Shown here: positions 1 through 17,609 of the stretch, in pieces
How the letters are laid out: every line of letters starts with the position of its first letter
Numbering within the stretch: the first letter of the stretch is position 1
Source of the DNA: Escherichia coli
GTDB taxonomy: Bacteria; Pseudomonadota; Gammaproteobacteria; Enterobacterales; Enterobacteriaceae
Direction: 5' to 3' (one strand)
NCBI RefSeq assembly: GCF_003334315.1
Contig: NZ_QOWR01000042.1
DNA: 43,339 nt
Made by a program: the position numbers and the translations under genes
The notes under the pieces: generated by a model
The model's input: the letters and a program-made list of their open reading frames with translations, nothing else
Databases searched by the model: none
Told to the model about the DNA's origin: nothing

Positions 1-140
1 TAGGCCGGATAAGGCGTTCACGCCGCATCCGGCAGTCGTGCGCAGATGCCTGATGCGACGCTAACGCGTCTTATCAGACCTACAAATTCTCACGCCATCC
101 GTAGGCCGGATAAGGCGTTCACGCCGCATCCGGCAGTCGT
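1..140. repeat. REP/BIME cluster downstream of mhpE (three palindromic units)
   Basis: Two near-identical copies of TAGGCCGGATAAGGCGTTCACGCCGCATCCGGCAGTCGTG (1-40 and 103-142) flank an inverted copy GCCTGATGCGACGC...CTTATCAGACCTAC; this is the typical enterobacterial REP consensus. Confidence 0.8.
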
Positions 141-182
141 GCTGGGATGGGCATACAAAATGCACGTTCTCGGCAGTCATCA

Positions 183-1192
183 TTATTTGTTGTTGCGCAG
201 ATCCAGCGCCACGTCAACGATCATATCCTCCTGGCCGCCAACCATCCGGCGTTTGCCCAGCTCAACGAGAATATCCACCGCACTTAAGCCATAACGCGCC
301 GCCGCCGTTTCACAGTGACGCAGGAAGCTCGAGTAAACACCAGCGTATCCCAGCGCCAGCGTTTCGCGATCGACTCGTACCGGTCGATCCTGCAACGGAC
401 GCACCAGGTCGTCGGCGGCATCCATTAACGCATAGAGATCGGTCCCATGCTGCCAGCCCAGTTTATCCGCGGCGGCAATAAACACTTCCAGCGGTGCGTT
501 ACCTGCGCCCGCGCCCATTCCCGCGAGGCTGGCGTCGATTCGGTCGCAGCCCTCTTCCACCGCCGCGATAGAGTTCGCCACGCCAAGACTCAGGTTATGG
601 TGAGCGTGCATGCCAGTTTGCGTTTCTGGTTTCAGCTCTGCTTTCAGGGCGCGGAAACGGTCACGGATATCGCTCATGTTCATCGCACCGCCAGAATCCA
701 CCACATAAATACAGGTCGCACCGTAGCCTTCCATCAGCTTTGCCTGCTTGGCGAGATTCTCCGGCGTGGTCATATGGCTCATCATCAGAAAACCAACGGT
801 GTCCATTCCGAGCTCGCGGGCATACTGAATATGCTGGGCGGAAACATCAGCTTCGGTACAGTGCGTTGCCACACGAACCACCCGCGCGCCAGCCTGCCAG
901 GCATTTTTCAGATCGTGAATAGTGCCGATTCCTGGCAGCAACAACGTCGCGATTTTGGCGTGCTTCACCACATCCGCCGCCGCTTCAATCCATTCAAGGT
1001 CGCTATGTGCGCCGAAACCATAGTTAAAGCTGGAACCTTGCAAACCGTCGCCGTGGGCCACTTCAATCGAATCCACGCGGGCATCGTCCAGTGCTTTGGC
1101 AATCTGGCGAACGTTTTCCAGCGAATACTGATGACGAATGGCGTGCATACCGTCACGCAATGTGACGTCCGAGATATAAAGTTTTTTACCGT

Positions 1193-1196
<4 letters not shown>
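183..1196 (-). CDS. mhpE: 4-hydroxy-2-oxovalerate aldolase
   Basis: 337-aa ORF with an HMGL-like aldolase sequence, last gene of the mhp cluster; 4-bp overlap with the upstream ORF. Confidence 0.9.
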
Positions 1197-2958
<1,762 letters not shown>

Positions 2959-3825
2959 TTAAGGGCGTGCGAGGAAATTCAGCACCAGTTGATTGAAAGC
3001 GTCGGCATGTTCCCACTGCGCCCAGTGACCACAGTCGCGGAAGATATGCAGTTCAGAACCGGCAATGCCGGACAGCAGACGCAGCCCCGCATCCATCGGC
3101 ACAAAGCGGTCGTTGCGCCCCCAGACAATCAGGGTTTGCGCGTTGATTTCCGCCAGACGTGGGCCAAAATCCGGGAACTGTTTCGGATTAGCTTCCAGGC
3201 TCTTAACGAAGTTTTCCAGGTGATCGCGGCGCGACAGCATATTATTCAGGCGCGCTTCAAACAGGGCGTCGGTCAAATCGCTGGTATCAAAAACGAAGAT
3301 ATCCATCATCAGCTTCAGGTTTTCGATAGTCGGCTGACGATAAAGCTGATTCAGTCGCTTAATACCTTCGGTTGGCATCGGCGTAAACAAACTCATGCCG
3401 CCCGTACCGCCGCCCATCAGCACCAGTTTGCCGACGCGCTCCGGCCAGTTAAGGGTGAACGCCACAGAACTATGGCCGCCCATCGAGTTGCCCAGCAGGT
3501 GGATTTTGGCGATATCCAGTTGATCCACCACACTTTTCAGGATTCGTGCATTAAGATCCGATCGCGAACCACTATTAACGATCGAATCGCTCTTGCCCCA
3601 ACCCGGACAATCCAGCAGGATCACCCGATAGCCCGCCTCTACCAGCGGATCGATATTGCGGCTGAAGTTCGCCCAGCCAGTAGCACCCGGGCCGGAACCA
3701 TGCAGCAGGACAACGGTTTCGTCGCCTTGTCCGCAGTCATTAAAATGGATGCGCAGCGTTTTACCCGCTTCTTCTACATTCAGAAAACGGCTGGTGGCGG
3801 CTTCGGTTTGTGGCTGATAACTCAT
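2959..3825 (-). CDS. mhpC: 2-hydroxy-6-oxononadienedioate (meta-cleavage product) hydrolase
   Basis: Alpha/beta hydrolase with GNSMGG nucleophile elbow; the ORF extends to 3888 but I chose the internal ATG (MSYQPQ...) giving 288 aa, which avoids overlap with mhpB; the start is uncertain. Confidence 0.8.
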   Translation of the reverse strand: MSYQPQTEAATSRFLNVEEAGKTLRIHFNDCGQGDETVVLLHGSGPGATGWANFSRNIDPLVEAGYRVILLDCPGWGKSDSIVNSGSRSDLNARILKSVVDQLDIAKIHLLGNSMGGHSSVAFTLNWPERVGKLVLMGGGTGGMSLFTPMPTEGIKRLNQLYRQPTIENLKLMMDIFVFDTSDLTDALFEARLNNMLSRRDHLENFVKSLEANPKQFPDFGPRLAEINAQTLIVWGRNDRFVPMDAGLRLLSGIAGSELHIFRDCGHWAQWEHADAFNQLVLNFLARP

Positions 3826-3842
3826 CATCTTCTCCTGCATAT

Positions 3843-4787
3843 TCAGTTCTCTGTTCTGGCGCTTAACGAGCCAAATCCGGCAATCCACTCCGGGATTGGG
3901 CGGTAATAACGCCCTTCGCTACGCCAGTTGCCAAATGCAGAAATAGCGGCAAAAGCGGCGACCCAGGTTTTGATTTCATGTGTCGACTTTCCGGCAATGG
4001 CGGAAAGCTCTTCGTTACTGACGGCATCCAGTTCCTGTATGCGTCCCTGCTCCAGCAAAGTCATGAACTGGTTATCCCAAATCGGGTTGAGCGGATGCAG
4101 AGTTCTCTGATCCTCAACAAACTTCTCAGCGGCGCTAATCACCCGTTGCTGACGCAATTCGCGCTCACTGGCGGGTAAATCTTTCCCGCTCCCCAACAGA
4201 CGGTCGCGCATATGGGCATCGGCTTTCGCCAGTTCGGGCACCGGCGGCTGATGGGAAAGCCCACCGGAACCCAGGAACAGCACGCGTTTATTGAGAGTGC
4301 TGGTGAAACGTCCAATGGCTTCACCCAACATGCGGGTACGCTGGAAACCGGGCAGCGGCGTGGCGACACCGTTGATGAACACAGGCAGAACTGGCACCTT
4401 ATCCAGCCCACCGAGCAGGAACTCCAGCGGCTGGGCGAACCCGTGGTCCACCTGCATACAGTAAGAAACGGCAAGATCGATCCCGCTCTTCATGACGGCA
4501 TGCGCACAGGCCTCCGCCAGCTCCACAGGCACGGGCAGCTCTCCTGCCGCACTGCCGAAATCACCAATTGCCGTCGCTCCAACGCCTAAACAGAACGGTG
4601 GCATCACGTCATAGAAAAAGCCGTTGTAGTGATCTGGCGCAAACAGCACCACCAGTTCAGGGGAGAATGCCGCAATACGCTCGCGGGCGCTGGCAATCAC
4701 GCCATTGACCTCATCGAGCACCTCTTGCGCCGGGTCGACATACCCCACCAGCGGCGAGTGGGAAAGACAGTGAAGATAAGCGTGCAT
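3843..4787 (-). CDS. mhpB: 3-(2,3-dihydroxyphenyl)propionate 1,2-dioxygenase (extradiol)
   Basis: 314-aa ORF, LigB-type extradiol dioxygenase, conserved position between mhpA and mhpC. Confidence 0.9.
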
Positions 4788-4788
4788 A

Positions 4789-6453
4789 TCAGGCTACCTT
4801 TTCGACAGAAACGTCGGCATCAGGGCGGGTCAGCGTCATCACCGACGCCAGTTTATTCAGGGTCTTGCCCAGGGTTTGCGGAATGGCGGTGGCGGCAACA
4901 AAGCGATCCGGGCGCATCACCACCAGCGAAGCATTGTGTTGCGCGAACCAGCTACGCAGGCGACCTTGCGTATCGCCCACGCGTAGTACGCCGTCGTGGT
5001 TATCCTGTGCGGTATGAATTTGCACTTCCGGCACCACCTGAATGAAGCGTGTGCCCAACGCGCGCCACTGCTGGATTTGCTCGTCGCTCATCCCCCACAG
5101 TGGATTGCATCCCCAGCCAATTACCGCGAAGTTCGCGCCGATCGCGTTATCGAGCAGCGTCACGTCGCCGTTTTCCAGCGTGACTTTCGGCTGAATAAAC
5201 ATCTTGCCGACCGGAGAGTGCTTCGCTTCGCCCTCACGCATCAGCGCACCGCCGTAATATTGCGGCATCGGCTTGAAGCGCATTTCGAGGAAGTAGCGTT
5301 TTACTGGCGGCAGATAATTCAACAGCCAGGAAACGCCGTCACGTAACGTACCCTGCCAGCGTTTCGGCGGAGCCAGCACGTTGCCCGCCGTCACGGACAG
5401 GTCAATCATCGCTTTGGCGTGATCGCGACGTTCTTGTTGATAGGTATCGAGCAGCGCATCGCGGGCTTTCCCCTGGATAACCAACGCCAGTTTCCATGCG
5501 AGGTTAAAGGCGTCGCGCATACCACTGTTATAGCCCTGCCCCTGCCACACCGGCATGATGTGCGCGGCATCGCCCGCCAGCAGTACGCGATCAATACGGA
5601 AACGTTGCGCCAGTCGCGCGTTGTGGGTGTAGACACGCTGGCGAATCAATTCAACATTGTCCGGATTAGGCAGCACTTTGCTTAACAGCTTGCGCATATT
5701 TTGCGGCTCACGCAGCTGTTCTTCGGTTTCTCCTGGCATCACCATAAATTCAAAGCGACGTACCGCATGAGGTAGCGCGGCAGAAACATACGGGCGCACC
5801 GGATCGCAACACAAATAGATATGCGGCGTACTTAACGGATCGTTGGCGATATCTACCACAATCCACTGATTTGGCGCAGTTTTACCTTCAAACGGCACAT
5901 TCAGGGTGCGACGGACAAAACTTGCCCCACCATCACAGGCCACCAGCCACTGGGCTTTGACTATTTCCCGCTGCCCTTCTGCCGTTTTCAGGTGCAAGGT
6001 CACTTCGTCATCTTGCTGACTGAAGGCCTCCAGCTCGCGGGAAAACAAGCAGCGCACATTCGGAAAACGCGACACCCCTTCCAGCATCACCGCATCGACC
6101 TGCGGCTGAATAAAGGCGTTACGGCGCGGCCAGCCAAATTCATCGGTCATTGGCTGAATATCAGCAAAACAGCGGCCTTTCGGGGTGAGAAAACGCATCG
6201 CGTGCCACGGCGTAGTGTGCGGCAGAACATCATCGACCAGGCCGACCGACTGCATGGTGCGCAGCGCCTCGTCATCAATACCAATCGCACGCGGGTAGTC
6301 GATCAACTTATCGAGTTTCTCCACCACCAGCACGTCAATGCCCATCTGGCCGAGATAGTTCGCCATCATCAGCCCAACCGGGCCGGCACCAGCGATCGCC
6401 ACCTGAACGCTATGGTTAACAGCAGGCTGGATGTCAGGGTGTTGTATTGCCAT
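4789..6453 (-). CDS. mhpA: 3-(3-hydroxyphenyl)propionate hydroxylase (FAD monooxygenase)
   Basis: 554-aa ORF with N-terminal FAD-binding [14 protein letters not shown]; first gene of the mhp operon. Confidence 0.9.
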
Positions 6454-6594
6454 TTCAGTACCTCACGACTCGGACAAAATGCCGTTGCGCGCACAGTACA
6501 GCGCAACTTATTTTGTTAAAAACATGTAAATGATTTTTTATTGTGCGCTCAGTATAGGAAGGGTGTTTTCGGCTACAATCAAAACATGCTCGAA

Positions 6595-6611
6595 TGTGCA
6601 CCAGGTGCACA
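6595..6611. promoter_or_regulatory. Candidate MhpR operator (17-bp palindrome TGTGCACCAGGTGCACA)
   Basis: Near-perfect inverted repeat TGTGCACC/GGTGCACA in the mhpA-mhpR divergent intergenic region; matches the palindromic operator type of IclR-family regulators. Confidence 0.5.
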
Positions 6612-6643
6612 ACGTTGTTTTAACTATAGAAATGTCAATTAAT

Positions 6644-7477
6644 ATGCAGAACAATGAGCAGACGGAATACAAAACCGTGCGCGGATTAACCCGCGGTCTA
6701 ATGTTATTAAATATGTTAAATAAACTTGATGGCGGTGCCAGCGTCGGGCTGCTGGCGGAACTCAGCGGCCTGCATCGCACCACTGTGCGGCGACTGCTGG
6801 AGACGCTGCAGGAAGAGGGATATGTCCGGCGTAGTCCCTCCGATGATAGTTTTCGTCTGACCATCAAAGTGCGGCAATTAAGCGAAGGATTTCGTGACGA
6901 ACAGTGGATTTCTGCACTGGCGGCCCCACTGCTGGGCGATCTGTTGCGCGAAGTGGTATGGCCGACAGATGTGTCCACGCTGGATGTTGATGCAATGGTG
7001 GTACGCGAAACCACCCACCGTTTCAGCCGCTTATCCTTTCACCGGGCAATGGTCGGGCGGCGTTTACCGCTTCTGAAAACCGCCTCGGGCCTGACCTGGC
7101 TGGCCTTTTGCCCGGAACAAGAACGCCAGGCGTTAATCGAAATGTTAGCCGCCCGCCCCGGTGATGACTATCAACTGGCACGGGAACCGTTAAAGCTGGA
7201 AGCCATTCTGGCGCGCGCGCGCAAAGAGGGTTACGGACAGAACTACCGCGGCTGGGATCAGGAGGAGAAGATCGCCTCTATCGCCGTACCGCTGCGCAGT
7301 GAACAACGGGTGATTGGCTGTCTGAATCTGGTGTATATGGCGAGCGCGATGACCATCGAACAGGCGGCAGAAAAACATCTTCCGGCGCTACAACGGGTAG
7401 CAAAACAGATTGAAGAAGGGGTTGAATCGCAGGCTATTCTGGTGGCCGGACGGCGAAGCGGCGTGCATTTACGTTGA
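6644..7477 (+). CDS. mhpR: IclR-family transcriptional activator of the mhp operon
   Basis: ORF 6530-7477; internal ATG at 6644 gives 277 aa (MQNNEQTEYKTVRGLTRG...), divergent from mhpA. Confidence 0.8.
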   Translation: MQNNEQTEYKTVRGLTRGLMLLNMLNKLDGGASVGLLAELSGLHRTTVRRLLETLQEEGYVRRSPSDDSFRLTIKVRQLSEGFRDEQWISALAAPLLGDLLREVVWPTDVSTLDVDAMVVRETTHRFSRLSFHRAMVGRRLPLLKTASGLTWLAFCPEQERQALIEMLAARPGDDYQLAREPLKLEAILARARKEGYGQNYRGWDQEEKIASIAVPLRSEQRVIGCLNLVYMASAMTIEQAAEKHLPALQRVAKQIEEGVESQAILVAGRRSGVHLR

Positions 7478-7489
7478 CACCATCGAATG

Positions 7490-7518
7490 GCGCAAAACCT
7501 TTCGCGGTATGGCATGAT
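7490..7518 (+). promoter_or_regulatory. lacI promoter (-35 GCGCAA, -10 CATGAT)
   Basis: Sequence GCGCAAAACCTTTCGCGGTATGGCATGAT upstream of the lacI GTG start; matches the remembered weak constitutive lacI promoter. Confidence 0.6.
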
Positions 7519-7553
7519 AGCGCCCGGAAGAGAGTCAATTCAGGGTGGTGAAT

Positions 7554-8636
7554 GTGAAACCAGTAACGCTATACGATGTCGCAGAGTATGCCGGTGTCTC
7601 TTATCAGACCGTTTCCCGCGTGGTGAACCAGGCCAGCCACGTTTCTGCGAAAACGCGGGAAAAAGTGGAAGCGGCGATGGCGGAGCTGAATTACATTCCC
7701 AACCGCGTGGCACAACAACTGGCGGGCAAACAGTCGTTGCTGATTGGCGTTGCCACCTCCAGTCTGGCCCTGCACGCGCCGTCGCAAATTGTCGCGGCGA
7801 TTAAATCTCGCGCCGATCAACTGGGTGCCAGCGTGGTGGTGTCGATGGTAGAACGAAGCGGCGTCGAAGCCTGTAAAGCGGCGGTGCACAATCTTCTCGC
7901 GCAACGCGTCAGTGGGCTGATCATTAACTATCCGCTGGATGACCAGGATGCCATTGCTGTGGAAGCAGCCTGCGCTAATGTTCCGGCGTTATTTCTTGAT
8001 GTCTCTGACCAGACTCCCATCAACAGTATTATTTTCTCCCATGAAGACGGTACGCGACTGGGCGTGGAGCATCTGGTCGCATTGGGTCACCAGCAAATCG
8101 CGCTGTTAGCGGGCCCATTAAGTTCTGTCTCGGCGCGTCTGCGTCTGGCGGGCTGGCATAAATATCTCACACGCAATCAAATTCAGCCGATAGCGGAACG
8201 GGAAGGCGACTGGAGTGCCATGTCCGGTTTTCAACAAACCATGCAAATGCTGAATGAGGGCATCGTTCCCACTGCGATGCTGGTTGCCAACGATCAGATG
8301 GCGCTGGGCGCAATGCGCGCCATTACCGAGTCCGGGCTGCGCGTTGGTGCGGATATCTCGGTAGTGGGATACGACGATACCGAAGACAGCTCATGTTATA
8401 TCCCGCCGTTAACCACCATCAAACAGGATTTTCGCCTGCTGGGGCAAACCAGCGTGGACCGCTTGCTGCAACTCTCTCAGGGCCAGGCGGTGAAGGGCAA
8501 TCAGCTGTTGCCCGTCTCACTGGTGAAAAGAAAAACCACCCTGGCGCCCAATACGCAAACCGCCTCTCCCCGCGCGTTGGCCGATTCATTAATGCAGCTG
8601 GCACGACAGGTTTCCCGACTGGAAAGCGGGCAGTGA
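7554..8636 (+). CDS. lacI: Lactose operon repressor
   Basis: GTG start at 7554 gives 360 aa (VKPVTLYDVAEYAGVSYQTVSRVVNQ... ends LESGQ); HTH at the N-terminus; the ORF track begins 9 nt upstream. Confidence 0.9.
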   Translation: MKPVTLYDVAEYAGVSYQTVSRVVNQASHVSAKTREKVEAAMAELNYIPNRVAQQLAGKQSLLIGVATSSLALHAPSQIVAAIKSRADQLGASVVVSMVERSGVEACKAAVHNLLAQRVSGLIINYPLDDQDAIAVEAACANVPALFLDVSDQTPINSIIFSHEDGTRLGVEHLVALGHQQIALLAGPLSSVSARLRLAGWHKYLTRNQIQPIAEREGDWSAMSGFQQTMQMLNEGIVPTAMLVANDQMALGAMRAITESGLRVGADISVVGYDDTEDSSCYIPPLTTIKQDFRLLGQTSVDRLLQLSQGQAVKGNQLLPVSLVKRKTTLAPNTQTASPRALADSLMQLARQVSRLESGQ

Positions 8637-8649
8637 GCGCAACGCAATT
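8629..8649 (+). promoter_or_regulatory. lac auxiliary operator O3
   Basis: GGCAGTGAGCGCAACGCAATT overlapping the lacI 3' end. Confidence 0.7.
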
Positions 8650-8671
8650 AATGTGAGTTAGCTCACTCATT
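8650..8671 (+). promoter_or_regulatory. CRP (CAP) binding site of the lac promoter
   Basis: AATGTGAGTTAGCTCACTCATT, a TGTGA-N6-TCACT palindrome. Confidence 0.75.
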
Positions 8672-8684
8672 AGGCACCCCAGGC

Positions 8685-8714
8685 TTTACACTTTATGCTT
8701 CCGGCTCGTATGTT
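8685..8714 (+). promoter_or_regulatory. lac promoter core (-35 TTTACA, 18-bp spacer, -10 TATGTT)
   Basis: TTTACACTTTATGCTTCCGGCTCGTATGTT read directly. Confidence 0.8.
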
Positions 8715-8720
8715 GTGTGA

Positions 8721-11833
<3,113 letters not shown>

Positions 11834-11839
11834 TAATAA

Positions 11840-13138
<1,299 letters not shown>

Positions 13139-13147
13139 GCAATCAAT

Positions 13148-13178
13148 GTCGGATGCGGCGCGAGCGCCTTATCCGACC
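13148..13178. repeat. REP element between lacY and lacA
   Basis: GTCGGATGCGGCGCGAGCGCCTTATCCGACC palindromic unit. Confidence 0.6.
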
Positions 13179-13203
13179 AACATATCATAACGGAGTGATC
13201 GCA

Positions 13204-13815
13204 TTGAACATGCCAATGACCGAAAGAATAAGAGCAGGCAAGCTATTTACCGATATGTGCGAAGGCTTACCGGAAAAAAGACTTCGTGGGAAAACGTTAA
13301 TGTATGAGTTTAATCACTCGCATCCATCAGAAGTTGAAAAAAGAGAAAGCCTGATTAAAGAAATGTTTGCCACGGTAGGGGAAAACGCCTGGGTAGAACC
13401 GCCTGTCTATTTCTCTTACGGTTCCAACATCCATATAGGCCGCAATTTTTATGCAAATTTCAATTTAACCATTGTCGATGACTACACGGTAACAATCGGT
13501 GATAACGTACTGATTGCACCCAACGTTACTCTTTCCGTTACGGGACACCCTGTACACCATGAATTGAGAAAAAACGGCGAGATGTACTCTTTTCCGATAA
13601 CGATTGGCAATAACGTCTGGATCGGAAGTCATGTGGTTATTAATCCAGGCGTCACCATCGGGGATAATTCTGTTATTGGCGCGGGTAGTATCGTCACAAA
13701 AGACATTCCACCAAACGTCGTGGCGGCTGGCGTTCCTTGTCGGGTTATTCGCGAAATAAACGACCGGGATAAGCACTATTATTTCAAAGATTATAAAGTT
13801 GAATCGTCAGTTTAA
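13204..13815 (+). CDS. lacA: Galactoside O-acetyltransferase (hexapeptide-repeat family)
   Basis: 203 aa from the TTG at 13204 (MNMPMTERIRAGKLF...); the ORF track uses an upstream ATG at 13153 that would overlap the REP. Confidence 0.85.
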   Translation: MNMPMTERIRAGKLFTDMCEGLPEKRLRGKTLMYEFNHSHPSEVEKRESLIKEMFATVGENAWVEPPVYFSYGSNIHIGRNFYANFNLTIVDDYTVTIGDNVLIAPNVTLSVTGHPVHHELRKNGEMYSFPITIGNNVWIGSHVVINPGVTIGDNSVIGAGSIVTKDIPPNVVAAGVPCRVIREINDRDKHYYFKDYKVESSV

Positions 13816-13827
13816 ATTATAAAAATT

Positions 13828-13890
13828 GCCTGATACGCTGCGCTTATCAGGCCTACAAGTTCAGCGATCTACATTAGCCGCATCCGGCAT
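13828..13890. repeat. REP pair downstream of lacA, convergent with cynX
   Basis: GCCTGATACGCTGCGCTTATCAGGCCTAC followed by a GCCGCATCCGGCAT half-unit. Confidence 0.6.
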
Positions 13891-13917
13891 GAACAAAGCG
13901 CAGGAACAAGCGTCGCA

Positions 13918-15072
13918 TCATGCCTCTTTGACCCACAGCTGCGGAAAACGTACTGGTGCAAAACGCAGGGTTATGATCATCAGCCCAACGACGCACAGCG
14001 CATGAAATGCCCAGTCCATCAGGTAATTGCCGCTGATACTACGCAGCACGCCAGAAAACCACGGGGCAAGCCCGGCGATGATAAAACCGATTCCCTGCAT
14101 AAACGCCACCAGCTTGCCAGCAATAGCCGGTTGCACAGAGTGATCGAGCGCCAGCAGCAAACAGAGCGGAAACGCGCCGCCCAGACCTAACCCACACACC
14201 ATCGCCCACAATACCGGCAATTGCATCGGCAGCCAGATAAAGCCGCAGAACCCCACCAGTTGTAACACCAGCGCCAGCATTAACAGTTTGCGCCGATCCT
14301 GATGGCGAGCCATAGCAGGCATCAGCAAAGCTCCTGCGGCTTGCCCAAGCGTCATCAATGCCAGTAAGGAACCGCTGTACTGCGCGCTGGCACCAATCTC
14401 AATATAGAAAGCGGGTAACCAGGCAATCAGGCTGGCGTAACCGCCGTTAATCAGACCGAAGTAAACACCCAGCGTCCACGCGCGGGGAGTGAATACCACG
14501 CGAACCGGAGTGGTTGTTGTCTTGTGGGAAGAGGCGACCTCGCGGGCGCTTTGCCACCACCAGGCAAAGAGCGCAACAACGGCAGGCAGCGCCCACCAGG
14601 CGAGTGTTTGATACCAGGTTTCGCTATGTTGAACTAACCAGGGCGTTATGGCGGCACCAAGCCCACCGCCGCCCATCAGAGCCGCGGACCACAGCCCCAT
14701 CACCAGTGGCGTGCGCTGCTGAAACCGCCGTTTAATCACCGAAGGCATCACCGCCTGAATGATGCCGATCCCCACCCCACCAAGCAGTGCGCTGCTAAGC
14801 AGCAGCGCACTTTGCGGGTAAAGCTCACGCATCAATGCACCGACGGCAATCAGCAACAGACTGATGGCGACACTGCGACGTTCGCTGACATGCTGATGAA
14901 GCCAGCTTCCGGCCAGCGCCAGCCCGCCCATGGTAACCACCGGCAGAGCGGTCAACAGGGCAGCCACGCTAAAGCTCATTCCGCTCGCCTGGCGCAATTG
15001 CGGTAGCAGTGGCCCGACGGAGGTGAGCAGTGGTCGCATATTAAGACCAATCAGCACCAGTACCAGCAGCAT
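13918..15072 (-). CDS. cynX: Cyanate transporter (MFS)
   Basis: ORF 13918-15099; internal start MLLVLVLIGLNMRPLL gives 384 aa; downstream of cynS. Confidence 0.8.
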   Translation of the reverse strand: MLLVLVLIGLNMRPLLTSVGPLLPQLRQASGMSFSVAALLTALPVVTMGGLALAGSWLHQHVSERRSVAISLLLIAVGALMRELYPQSALLLSSALLGGVGIGIIQAVMPSVIKRRFQQRTPLVMGLWSAALMGGGGLGAAITPWLVQHSETWYQTLAWWALPAVVALFAWWWQSAREVASSHKTTTTPVRVVFTPRAWTLGVYFGLINGGYASLIAWLPAFYIEIGASAQYSGSLLALMTLGQAAGALLMPAMARHQDRRKLLMLALVLQLVGFCGFIWLPMQLPVLWAMVCGLGLGGAFPLCLLLALDHSVQPAIAGKLVAFMQGIGFIIAGLAPWFSGVLRSISGNYLMDWAFHALCVVGLMIITLRFAPVRFPQLWVKEA

Positions 15073-15104
15073 CGTGAACGTCTTTTGATGGTTGCGCATG
15101 GCTG

Positions 15105-15593
<489 letters not shown>

Positions 15594-15605
15594 TTAAAAA
15601 TAAGG

Positions 15606-16265
15606 TTACGCTGCGGTCGGTTGGCGTAGCGGTATGGCACAAACGCGAGGATTAGCGGCCAGTGGCACAAACTGGCGGGTTGCGCCGTCAAAAGCTGCGA
15701 TGCTGCCGCTTTCAATGTCGTAGACCCAGCCGTGCAGGGCGATCCGCCCCTCTTCGAGCGCCAGGCGCACCGATGGATGAGTTTGCAAATTAGCCAACTG
15801 AGCAATGACGTTTTCACGTACCATCGCCGCAGCTTTTGACGGTAAATCGGAATGCGGGCGCGCCTCATTAACGACGCGGGCTGAATCGGCATAACGCAGC
15901 CAGTGGGAGACGGCAGGCATATGGTCCATGCACTGACAGCTGGCAATGGCGGTCATCGCGCCACAGTTGGAATGACCACAAATCACAATGTCAGATACCC
16001 GAAGCGCAGCGACGGCATACTCCACCGAAGCAGAAACGCCACCGGGTTCCGGCCCGTAGGAAGGGACGATATTGCCCGCGTTGCGAATAACGAACAGATC
16101 GCCAGGCTCACGTTGCGTCACCAGCTCAGGGACCAGACGGCTGTCGGAGCAGGAGATAAAAAGTGTGCGCGGGCTTTGCTGTGTCGCCAGCTGTTTAAAC
16201 AAGGCTTCCCGCTTCGGAAATGCCTCGCGCTGGAATTTAAGGAATCCATCAATAATCTCTTTCAC
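15606..16265 (-). CDS. cynT: Beta-class carbonic anhydrase
   Basis: 219-aa ORF with the beta-CA zinc-ligand motif CSDSR and an HxxC segment. Confidence 0.9.
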
Positions 16266-16373
16266 CGTTAACCTCTGTCTGTCTCTGGAATGAGAGGCAG
16301 ACTACTCGCCGATTGTCATAAGGTAAAAGTCTCATTTATGATGAGTTCCATTGGATTTACTTATAGGTTGCGA

Positions 16374-17273
16374 ATGCTCTCTCGACATATCAATTATTTT
16401 CTTGCCGTGGCTGAACATGGCAGCTTCACCCGTGCCGCCAGTGCGTTGCACGTCTCCCAACCTGCGCTTTCCCAGCAGATTCGCCAGTTAGAGGAGAGTT
16501 TAGGCGTGCCGCTGTTTGACCGTAGCGGGCGAACGATTCGTCTCACTGATGCAGGAGAAGTCTGGCGACAGTACGCCAGCCGGGCGTTACAGGAACTGGG
16601 GGCGGGTAAACGGGCGATTCATGATGTTGCCGATCTGACGCGAGGATCGCTGCGTATCGCCGTCACCCCCACCTTTACGAGCTACTTTATCGGCCCCTTA
16701 ATGGCGGATTTCTATGCGCGCTATCCCAGCATCACGCTCCAGCTACAGGAAATGTCGCAGGAGAAAATCGAGGATATGCTTTGCCGCGACGAGTTGGACG
16801 TTGGGATTGCCTTCGCGCCTGTGCATTCGCCGGAGCTGGAGGCAATTCCTTTACTGACAGAAAGTTTAGCGTTAGTCGTGGCGCAACATCATCCGCTGGC
16901 CGTCCATGAACAGGTGGCGTTGAGTCGCTTGCATGATGAAAAACTGGTCCTGCTCAGCGCGGAATTTGCCACCAGAGAGCAAATTGACCACTACTGCGAG
17001 AAAGCGGGGCTACATCCACAGGTGGTCATTGAGGCGAACTCAATTAGCGCGGTTCTGGAGCTGATTCGCCGCACTTCCCTTTCCACATTGTTACCAGCAG
17101 CGATTGCCACACAACATGACGGGCTTAAAGCTATTTCTCTTGCCCCGCCACTACTGGAGAGAACGGCGGTTTTGTTGCGGCGGAAAAATAGCTGGCAGAC
17201 AGCCGCCGCGAAGGCATTTTTGCACATGGCGTTGGATAAATGCGCGGTTGTTGGCGGAAATGAATCACGGTAG
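16374..17273 (+). CDS. cynR: LysR-family regulator of the cyn operon
   Basis: ORF 16290-17273; internal ATG ([40 protein letters not shown]) gives 299 aa; divergent from cynT. Confidence 0.8.
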   Translation: MLSRHINYFLAVAEHGSFTRAASALHVSQPALSQQIRQLEESLGVPLFDRSGRTIRLTDAGEVWRQYASRALQELGAGKRAIHDVADLTRGSLRIAVTPTFTSYFIGPLMADFYARYPSITLQLQEMSQEKIEDMLCRDELDVGIAFAPVHSPELEAIPLLTESLALVVAQHHPLAVHEQVALSRLHDEKLVLLSAEFATREQIDHYCEKAGLHPQVVIEANSISAVLELIRRTSLSTLLPAAIATQHDGLKAISLAPPLLERTAVLLRRKNSWQTAAAKAFLHMALDKCAVVGGNESR

Positions 17274-17588
17274 CCGCTGACACAGGTCTGCGGCTGGAAT
17301 TGCCTGATGCGCTACGCTTATCAGGCCTACGAGTTCAGTGCTCTACGTAGGCCGGATAAGGCGTTCACGCCGCATCCGGCATAAACTACAGCTGGCAGAC
17401 AGCCGCTGCGAAGGCATTTTTGCACATGGCGTTGGAGGAATGCGCGGTTGTTGGCGGGAATGAATCACGGTAGCCGCTGACACAGATCAGCGGCTGGAAT
17501 TGCCTGATGCGCTACGCTTATCAGGCCTACGAGTTCAGTGCTCTACGTAGGCCGGATAAGGCGTTCACGCCGCATCCGGCATAAACTA
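17191..17588. repeat. Tandem direct duplication (2 x ~200 bp) of the cynR 3' end plus REP pair
   Basis: 17191-17388 and 17391-17588 are about 97% identical (6 mismatches); each unit holds the last ~28 codons of cynR, a short hairpin and a REP pair. Confidence 0.8.
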
Positions 17589-17609
17589 AGCTCGCTGTAA
17601 CCCAGTCGT

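Noticed and set aside
6530-7477. Upstream-extended starts offered by the ORF track for mhpR (6530), lacI (7545), lacA (13153), cynR (16290), codA (18908), prpR (26611), cynX (15099), mhpC (3888) and pdeL (42887)
   Set aside because: The extensions would overlap promoters, REP elements or neighbouring genes; internal starts that match the expected protein N-termini and lengths were preferred, though none is experimentally confirmed here.
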